Origin: Mycobacterium tuberculosis H37Rv
GTDB taxonomy: Bacteria; Actinomycetota; Actinomycetes; Mycobacteriales; Mycobacteriaceae
Length of the DNA: 32,000 bases
Assembly: GCF_000195955.2 (NCBI RefSeq)
Contig: NC_000962.3
Span: 930,001-962,000 of the forward strand
Direction: 5' to 3'
This document shows, piece by piece, positions 23,731-30,342 of the stretch (its first letter is position 1; each line of letters begins with the position of its first letter). Below the pieces are notes generated by a model. It searched no databases. It had not been told where the DNA came from and saw nothing but the letters and a program-made list of their open reading frames with translations. A program made the translations under genes and the position numbers.

Positions 23731-24920
23731 GTAGCGGGTCGCTCGGCGAGCACGCTCAGTCGCCTGATTGCCTCGTCGAGGGTGTCGTCTCGTTTGCAGA
23801 AGGTGAAGCGCACCAGGTGGTTCCACACATCGGCTTGTTGTGAGGCCTGTCCTGCGGCGGGGTCGCAGAACGCCGACATCGGGATGGCGGCCACCCCGAC
23901 TTTCTCCGGTAGCGCCGCACAGAATTCGGTGCTGTCGTCATAACCCAACGGGCGCGGGTCGGCGCATAGGAAGTACGTGCCGTAGCTGTCGTGCACTGCG
24001 AAGCCGATCTCCGTCAGGCCCGCTGCCAGCCGGTCGCGCCGGGCCCGCAACGAGTTCCGAAGGGCCGCCACCCAGGCGTCTTCGGTGTCTAGCGCGAGGG
24101 CGACCGCAGGCTGAAACGGTGCGCCGCCCACATAGCTCAGGTACTGTTTTGCGGCGCGCACCCCGGCGATGAGTTCGGCTGGGCCGCAAGCCCATCCGAT
24201 TTTCCAGCCGGTGCAGTTGAACATCTTGGCCGCACTGGAAATGGTGATCGTGCGCTCGGCCATGCCGTCGAAACCCGCCAGCGGCAGGTGTCTGGCGTGG
24301 TCAAACACTAGGTGCTCGTACACCTCGTCGGTGATCACCACAAGGTTCGCCGCCACCGCGATCTCGGCGATGGCTGCGAGTTCCGTCGCGCTCAGCACCG
24401 CACCGGTCGGATTGTGCGGCGAGTTAATGATCAGCGCCCGAGTTCGCGGGGTCACCGCGCGTCGCAGCGCGTCGGCGTCTAGGGCGAAGCCGCGGCCATC
24501 GGGCACCAGCGGTACGGTCACGCGGTGGGCGCCGGCCATCGCCACCACCGGCGAGTAGGAGTCGTAGAACGGCTCGATCAGCAACACCTCCGAGCCCGGT
24601 TCGACCAGTCCGAGCACCGCTGCGGCGATGGCCTCGGTGGCTCCGACCGTGACCAGCACCTCGGTCTCGGGGTCGTAGTCGACGCCGAAATGGCGCCGCC
24701 GCTGGGCGGCGATGGCCCGCCGTAGCGGAGCGCTTCCAGGGCCGGGCGGGTACTGGTTGACGCCGCCGGCGATGGCGTCTTGGGCGGCCTGCAGCATCTT
24801 CGGCGGGCCGTCCTCGTCGGGAAAGCCCTGTCCCAGGTTGACCGCGCCGATACGGGTGGCCAGCGCGGACATTTCGGCGAACACCGTGGTCGCATACGGC
24901 CGCAGCCGCGACACCGTCAT
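23727..24920 (-). CDS. dapC: Class I PLP aminotransferase (annotated as N-succinyldiaminopimelate aminotransferase DapC)
   Basis: An ATG at 24920 inside track ORF 23727..25205 gives MTVSRLRPYATTVFAEMSALATRIGAVNLGQGFPDEDGP... The PLP-Lys block is ISSAAKMFNCTGWKIGW. The upstream 95 codons overlap the fadA promoter region and are not homologous. Confidence 0.85.
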   Translation of the reverse strand: MTVSRLRPYATTVFAEMSALATRIGAVNLGQGFPDEDGPPKMLQAAQDAIAGGVNQYPPGPGSAPLRRAIAAQRRRHFGVDYDPETEVLVTVGATEAIAAAVLGLVEPGSEVLLIEPFYDSYSPVVAMAGAHRVTVPLVPDGRGFALDADALRRAVTPRTRALIINSPHNPTGAVLSATELAAIAEIAVAANLVVITDEVYEHLVFDHARHLPLAGFDGMAERTITISSAAKMFNCTGWKIGWACGPAELIAGVRAAKQYLSYVGGAPFQPAVALALDTEDAWVAALRNSLRARRDRLAAGLTEIGFAVHDSYGTYFLCADPRPLGYDDSTEFCAALPEKVGVAAIPMSAFCDPAAGQASQQADVWNHLVRFTFCKRDDTLDEAIRRLSVLAERPAT

Positions 24921-25047
24921 GGCGGTCGAGCCTATCCGGGCGACGATGCGCGCCGCAGCGATACCTTGCCCAACCAACAGGTTGGCCGGGGGCCCTGTTA
25001 GGGTGCCGGTACGGGACCTAGTCTTGAAGAAGGATCCAAACCCCCTT

Positions 25048-25065
25048 TTGTGGAATTTGTGGAAC
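25048..25065 (+). repeat. Tandem 9-bp direct repeat TTGTGGAAT/TTGTGGAAC in the fadA 5' region; a possible regulator site
   Basis: ttgtggaat (25048-25056) and ttgtggaac (25057-25065) lie in a locally AT-rich patch. They sit just 5' of AGGAA (25066-25070) and the fadA ATG (25077). Confidence 0.3.
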
Positions 25066-25076
25066 AGGAAATCGAC

Positions 25077-26288
25077 ATGTCCGAAGAAGCCTTCATCTAC
25101 GAGGCCATCCGCACCCCGCGCGGCAAACAAAAGAACGGATCGTTGCACGAAGTCAAGCCATTGAGCCTGGTCGTCGGCCTGATCGACGAGCTGCGCAAGC
25201 GCCATCCCGACCTCGACGAGAACCTGATCAGCGACGTCATCTTGGGCTGCGTCTCACCGGTGGGCGACCAGGGCGGCGACATCGCCCGCGCCGCAGTGCT
25301 GGCATCGGGCATGCCGGTCACCTCCGGCGGTGTGCAGCTCAACCGGTTCTGCGCGTCCGGCCTGGAGGCCGTCAACACCGCCGCGCAGAAGGTGCGTTCG
25401 GGCTGGGATGACCTGGTGCTGGCCGGCGGCGTGGAGTCGATGAGCCGGGTGCCGATGGGCTCCGACGGCGGCGCTATGGGCCTGGACCCGGCGACCAACT
25501 ACGACGTCATGTTCGTCCCGCAGAGCATCGGCGCCGACCTGATCGCCACCATCGAGGGCTTCTCCCGCGAAGACGTCGACGCCTACGCGCTACGCAGCCA
25601 GCAAAAGGCCGCCGAGGCGTGGTCGGGCGGCTACTTCGCCAAGTCGGTGGTGCCGGTGCGCGACCAGAACGGCCTGCTGATCCTCGATCATGACGAACAC
25701 ATGCGGCCGGACACCACCAAGGAGGGTCTGGCCAAGCTGAAGCCGGCCTTCGAAGGCCTGGCCGCGCTGGGCGGTTTCGACGACGTGGCGCTGCAGAAGT
25801 ACCACTGGGTGGAAAAGATCAACCACGTACACACCGGCGGCAACAGCTCGGGGATCGTCGACGGTGCCGCGCTGGTGATGATCGGTTCCGCGGCCGCCGG
25901 CAAGTTGCAGGGCCTGACTCCGCGGGCGCGCATCGTCGCCACCGCCACCAGCGGCGCCGACCCGGTGATCATGCTCACCGGCCCCACCCCGGCCACCCGC
26001 AAGGTGCTCGACCGCGCCGGGCTGACCGTCGACGACATCGACCTGTTCGAGCTCAACGAGGCGTTCGCGTCGGTGGTGCTGAAGTTCCAGAAGGACCTCA
26101 ACATTCCCGACGAGAAGCTCAACGTCAACGGTGGCGCCATCGCGATGGGCCACCCGCTGGGTGCCACCGGCGCGATGATCCTGGGCACCATGGTCGACGA
26201 ACTGGAGCGCCGCAACGCCCGACGTGCACTCATCACGCTGTGCATCGGGGGCGGCATGGGTGTCGCGACGATCATCGAGAGGGTTTAA
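25077..26288 (+). CDS. fadA: 3-ketoacyl-CoA thiolase (beta subunit of the FadAB trifunctional beta-oxidation complex)
   Basis: An ATG at 25077 gives [17 protein letters not shown]. The active-site Cys context is [10 protein letters not shown], followed by SSGIVDGAA and the C-terminal CIGGGMGVA. Confidence 0.92.
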
Positions 26289-26292
26289 CAGC

Positions 26293-28455
26293 ATGCCAGA
26301 CAACACAATCCAGTGGGACAAGGATGCCGACGGCATCGTCACGCTGACCATGGACGATCCCTCCGGGTCAACCAACGTGATGAACGAGGCCTACATCGAG
26401 TCGATGGGCAAGGCCGTCGATCGCCTTGTCGCCGAAAAGGATTCGATCACCGGAGTGGTAGTCGCCAGCGCGAAGAAAACCTTCTTCGCCGGCGGCGACG
26501 TCAAGACGATGATCCAGGCCAGGCCCGAGGACGCCGGCGATGTATTCAACACCGTCGAGACCATCAAGCGGCAGCTGCGCACCTTGGAGACATTGGGTAA
26601 GCCGGTCGTCGCGGCCATCAACGGGGCGGCGTTGGGCGGCGGCCTGGAGATCGCGCTGGCGTGTCATCACCGGATCGCCGCCGACGTCAAGGGCAGCCAG
26701 CTCGGTCTGCCGGAGGTGACGCTGGGTCTGCTGCCGGGTGGCGGTGGGGTGACCCGCACGGTACGGATGTTCGGCATCCAGAACGCGTTCGTGAGCGTGC
26801 TGGCGCAAGGTACCCGGTTCAAGCCGGCCAAGGCCAAGGAGATCGGTCTGGTCGACGAGCTGGTGGCAACGGTCGAGGAGCTGGTGCCCGCCGCCAAGGC
26901 TTGGATAAAGGAGGAGCTCAAGGCCAACCCCGACGGTGCCGGGGTGCAGCCGTGGGACAAGAAGGGCTACAAGATGCCCGGCGGCACCCCGTCGTCGCCG
27001 GGTCTGGCGGCGATTTTGCCGTCGTTCCCGTCGAACCTGCGCAAGCAGCTCAAGGGTGCCCCGATGCCGGCGCCGCGGGCCATCCTGGCCGCCGCGGTCG
27101 AGGGGGCACAGGTCGATTTCGACACCGCCAGCCGCATCGAGAGCCGCTACTTCGCGTCGTTGGTCACCGGCCAGGTCGCCAAGAACATGATGCAGGCGTT
27201 CTTCTTCGACCTGCAGGCCATCAATGCCGGCGGGTCTCGGCCCGAAGGCATCGGCAAGACCCCGATCAAGAGGATCGGTGTGCTGGGTGCGGGCATGATG
27301 GGCGCCGGCATCGCCTACGTCTCTGCCAAGGCCGGCTATGAGGTGGTACTCAAAGATGTCAGCCTTGAGGCCGCCGCTAAAGGCAAGGGCTACTCCGAAA
27401 AGCTGGAGGCCAAGGCGCTGGAGCGGGGCCGCACCACACAGGAGCGCAGCGACGCCCTGCTGGCGCGCATCACCCCGACCGCCGACGCCGCCGATTTCAA
27501 GGGCGTTGATTTCGTGATCGAGGCGGTTTTTGAAAACCAGGAGCTCAAGCACAAGGTGTTCGGCGAGATCGAAGACATCGTCGAGCCCAACGCGATCCTG
27601 GGATCCAACACCTCGACGCTGCCGATCACCGGTCTGGCGACCGGCGTCAAGCGGCAGGAAGACTTTATCGGGATCCACTTCTTCTCGCCGGTCGACAAGA
27701 TGCCGCTGGTGGAGATCATCAAGGGCGAGAAGACTTCTGACGAGGCCCTGGCCCGGGTGTTCGACTACACCTTGGCCATCGGCAAGACCCCGATCGTGGT
27801 CAACGACAGCCGCGGCTTTTTCACCTCGCGGGTCATCGGCACGTTCGTCAACGAGGCGCTGGCGATGCTCGGTGAGGGTGTCGAGCCGGCTTCTATCGAG
27901 CAGGCGGGGTCGCAGGCCGGGTATCCGGCGCCGCCGCTGCAGCTGTCCGACGAGCTCAACTTGGAGCTGATGCACAAGATCGCCGTCGCCACCCGTAAGG
28001 GTGTTGAGGACGCCGGCGGCACGTACCAGCCGCATCCGGCGGAGGCCGTGGTGGAGAAGATGATCGAGCTCGGCCGGTCCGGCCGGCTGAAGGGCGCGGG
28101 CTTCTACGAGTACGCCGACGGCAAGCGATCCGGGTTGTGGCCCGGCTTGCGCGAGACGTTCAAGTCGGGCTCGTCGCAGCCGCCGCTGCAGGACATGATC
28201 GACCGCATGCTGTTCGCCGAGGCGCTGGAAACCCAGAAGTGCCTCGACGAGGGGGTGCTGACGTCGACGGCCGACGCCAACATCGGCTCGATCATGGGCA
28301 TCGGCTTCCCGCCGTGGACAGGTGGCAGTGCCCAGTTCATCGTCGGCTACTCCGGCCCGGCCGGTACCGGTAAGGCGGCTTTCGTGGCCCGGGCCCGCGA
28401 GCTGGCGGCCGCCTACGGCGACCGCTTCCTGCCGCCGGAGTCGCTGCTAAGCTGA
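26293..28455 (+). CDS. fadB: Multifunctional enoyl-CoA hydratase / 3-hydroxyacyl-CoA dehydrogenase (alpha subunit)
   Basis: The ATG at 26293 lies 4 nt after the fadA stop. The crotonase block is FFAGGDV...AINGAALGGGLEIALACHHRIA. The HACD Rossmann motif is IGVLGAGMMGAGIAYVSA. The product is 720 aa. Confidence 0.92.
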   Translation: MPDNTIQWDKDADGIVTLTMDDPSGSTNVMNEAYIESMGKAVDRLVAEKDSITGVVVASAKKTFFAGGDVKTMIQARPEDAGDVFNTVETIKRQLRTLETLGKPVVAAINGAALGGGLEIALACHHRIAADVKGSQLGLPEVTLGLLPGGGGVTRTVRMFGIQNAFVSVLAQGTRFKPAKAKEIGLVDELVATVEELVPAAKAWIKEELKANPDGAGVQPWDKKGYKMPGGTPSSPGLAAILPSFPSNLRKQLKGAPMPAPRAILAAAVEGAQVDFDTASRIESRYFASLVTGQVAKNMMQAFFFDLQAINAGGSRPEGIGKTPIKRIGVLGAGMMGAGIAYVSAKAGYEVVLKDVSLEAAAKGKGYSEKLEAKALERGRTTQERSDALLARITPTADAADFKGVDFVIEAVFENQELKHKVFGEIEDIVEPNAILGSNTSTLPITGLATGVKRQEDFIGIHFFSPVDKMPLVEIIKGEKTSDEALARVFDYTLAIGKTPIVVNDSRGFFTSRVIGTFVNEALAMLGEGVEPASIEQAGSQAGYPAPPLQLSDELNLELMHKIAVATRKGVEDAGGTYQPHPAEAVVEKMIELGRSGRLKGAGFYEYADGKRSGLWPGLRETFKSGSSQPPLQDMIDRMLFAEALETQKCLDEGVLTSTADANIGSIMGIGFPPWTGGSAQFIVGYSGPAGTGKAAFVARARELAAAYGDRFLPPESLLS

Positions 28456-28519
28456 GCGCGAGCAGACGTAAAAGCCCCCGCACGCTCGGCGTGTCGGGGG
28501 CTTTTACGTCTGCTCGCGC
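28456..28519. terminator. Bidirectional intrinsic terminator: a 25-bp perfect stem with an inner 5-bp stem, filling the fadB/ercc3 convergent gap
   Basis: gcgcgagcagacgtaaaagcccccg (28456-28480) is the exact reverse complement of cgggggcttttacgtctgctcgcgc (28495-28519). The loop holds cacgc/gcgtg. The GC-rich inner stem is followed by TTTT on both strands. It starts 1 nt after the fadB TGA and ends 3 nt before the ercc3 stop. Confidence 0.75.
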
Positions 28520-28522
28520 AAC

Positions 28523-30172
28523 CTAAATTGCCGGGCCCAGCAGGTCGTCGGCGTCGCGGATGATGTAACCGTAGCCCTGCTCAGCTAAAAACCGCTGCCG
28601 GTGTGCGGCGTACTCGGCATCCAGGCTGTCGCGGGCCACCACCGAGTAGAAGATGGCACCGCCCCCGTCGGCCTTGGGTCGCAATATCCGGCCGAGCCGT
28701 TGCGCCTCTTCCTGGCGTGAGCCGAATGTTCCCGAAACCTGTACCGCCACGGCGGCTTCCGGCAAGTCGATGGAGAAGTTAGCCACCTTGGACACCACGA
28801 GCGTAGCGACCTCGCCGCGGCGGAAGGCGTCGAACAGTGCCTCGCGTTCGCTGGTCCTTGTCGACCCCTGAATCACCGGAGCGCCGAGCTCGGCGCCCAG
28901 CTCGTCGAGCTGATCCAAGTACGCTCCGATGACCAGGGTCTGCTCATCCGGGTGCTTCGCCAGAATCGACTTGACCACAGCAATTTTGGTGTGCACCGTC
29001 GAGCAGATCCGGTAGCGTTCTTCGGGTTCGGCGGTGGCGTACATCATCCGCTCGCTGTCGGTCATCGTGACCCGGACTTCCACGCACTCAGCTGGCGCGA
29101 TCCAGCCCTGCGCCTCAATGTCCTTCCACGGCGCGTCATAGCGCTTTGGTCCGATAAGGGAAAACACGTCGCCCTCGCGTCCGTCTTCACGGATCAACGT
29201 GGCGGTCAGCCCCAGCCGCCGTTTGGACTGCAGGTCAGCGGTCATCCGGAAGACCGGTGCCGGCAACAGGTGCACCTCGTCATAGATGATGAGCCCCCAG
29301 TCGCGGCTGTCGAACAGTTCCAGATGGCGGTACTCGCCCTTAGTGCGGCGGGTGATCATCTGGTATGTCGAGATGGTGACAGGTCGGATTTCCTTGCGTT
29401 CTCCCGAGAATTCGCCGATCTCATTCTCGGTGAGCGAGGTGCGCGCGACCAGCTCTCGTTTCCATTGCCGGGCCGCGACGATATTGGTGACCAGGATCAA
29501 CGTCGTCGCGCCGGCTTTGGCCATTGCGGCCGCACCGACCAGCGTCTTGCCGGCCCCACATGGCAGCACCACCACCCCGGAGCCGCCCGCCCAGAACGAG
29601 TCCGCGGCCAGCCGCTGGTAATCGCGCAGCTGCCAGCCCTCCTGGTGCAGGCTGATCGGGTGCGCTTCACCATCGACGTAGCCGGCGAGATCCTCTGCGG
29701 GCCAACCGATCTTGAGCAGCAGCTGCTTGACCCGGCCGCGTTCGCTGGGGTGGACGACGACGGTGTCGTCATCGATGCGGGCGCCAAGCATCGGCGCGAT
29801 CTTCTTGTTGCGCAGCACTTCCTCAAGCACCGCGCGGTCCAGGCTCACCAGCGTCAGGCCATGGGCCGGGTTCTTGACCAACTGCAGTCGTCCGTAGCGG
29901 GCCATGGTGTCGACGATGTCGACGAGCAAGGGTTGCGGCACCGCGTAGCGGGAGTAACTGACCAGCGCGTCGACGACTTGCTCGGCATCATGGCCGGCGG
30001 CGCGAGCATTCCACAGTGCCAGCGGTGTGATGCGGTAGGTGTGGACATGTTCGGGTGCACGTTCCAGCTCGGCGAACGGCGCGATGGCGGCGCGTGCAGC
30101 GCCGGCCAGTTCATGGTCGACTTCCAACAGCACCGTCTTATCGGACTGCACTATCAATGGTCCGTCAGTCAA
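28523..30172 (-). CDS. ercc3: XPB/ERCC3-type SF2 DNA helicase
   Basis: Track ORF of 549 aa. It has Walker A LPCGAGKTLVG, the DEVH box (IIYDEVHLL), the XPB-specific RED motif (TATLIREDGRE), and helicase C motifs. The start is TTG 30172, which has GGAGGAG 8 nt upstream, or GTG 30151. Confidence 0.9.
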   Translation of the reverse strand: MTDGPLIVQSDKTVLLEVDHELAGAARAAIAPFAELERAPEHVHTYRITPLALWNARAAGHDAEQVVDALVSYSRYAVPQPLLVDIVDTMARYGRLQLVKNPAHGLTLVSLDRAVLEEVLRNKKIAPMLGARIDDDTVVVHPSERGRVKQLLLKIGWPAEDLAGYVDGEAHPISLHQEGWQLRDYQRLAADSFWAGGSGVVVLPCGAGKTLVGAAAMAKAGATTLILVTNIVAARQWKRELVARTSLTENEIGEFSGERKEIRPVTISTYQMITRRTKGEYRHLELFDSRDWGLIIYDEVHLLPAPVFRMTADLQSKRRLGLTATLIREDGREGDVFSLIGPKRYDAPWKDIEAQGWIAPAECVEVRVTMTDSERMMYATAEPEERYRICSTVHTKIAVVKSILAKHPDEQTLVIGAYLDQLDELGAELGAPVIQGSTRTSEREALFDAFRRGEVATLVVSKVANFSIDLPEAAVAVQVSGTFGSRQEEAQRLGRILRPKADGGGAIFYSVVARDSLDAEYAAHRQRFLAEQGYGYIIRDADDLLGPAI

Positions 30173-30342
30173 TGGCGCCGCTCCTCCTCATCGCTGCGCT
30201 CTGCATCGTCGCCGGCGGTAGTCAATGGCGCCGCTCCTCCTCATCGCTGCGCTCTGCATCGTCGCCGGCGGTAGTCAATGGCGCCGCTCCTCCTCATCGC
30301 TGCGCTCTGCATCGTCGCCGGCGCGGGGGTCATGGGCTCCAT
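30165..30342 (-). other. Chain of three overlapping mini-ORFs (33, 18 and 8 codons) encoded by the MIRU repeats, linking the upstream gene to ercc3
   Basis: On the minus strand, the upstream TAA overlaps an ATG (TAATG at 30344-30340). ORF1 is 30342..30241 (MEPMTPAPATMQSAAMRRSGAIDYRRRRCRAQR). ORF2 is 30244..30188 (MRRSGAIDYRRRRCRAQR), joined by ATGA. ORF3 is 30191..30165 (MRRSGAID), joined by ATGA and ending in TTGACTGA, which overlaps the ercc3 TTG. Confidence 0.35.
30168..30326. repeat. MIRU tandem repeat, three 53-bp units (position and size consistent with MIRU-VNTR locus 10 / VNTR 0960)
   Basis: The unit is gtcaatggcgccgctcctcctcatcgctgcgctctgcatcgtcgccggcggta. Copies at 30168-30220 and 30221-30273 are identical. 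The copy at 30274-30326 diverges only in its last 3 nt. The locus identity is from memory. Confidence 0.9.

Noticed and set aside
24921-25205. The 95-codon N-terminal extension of the dapC ORF, and the similar extensions of pip (7318-7698), mmcO (14195-14260), fadA (25050-25076) and fadB (26224-26292).
   Set aside because: The extensions lack homology to the respective families and overlap neighbouring genes or promoters. Internal starts reproduce canonical N-termini.
26368-28035. A 555-aa ORF antisense to fadB. There are similar long antisense or out-of-frame ORFs at 28952..30274 (opposite ercc3), 2151..2915, 10343..11173, 11670..12437, 25590..26375 and 19335..19991.
   Set aside because: All are Arg/Pro/Gly/His-rich shadow frames, typical of 65% GC DNA. 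Each overlaps a gene with unambiguous catalytic motifs on the other strand or frame. None shows a recognisable domain.
30168-30326. Considered whether the 53-bp repeats could be a CRISPR array.
   Set aside because: The units are directly abutting with no spacers. They lie inside an operon and match the MIRU family.
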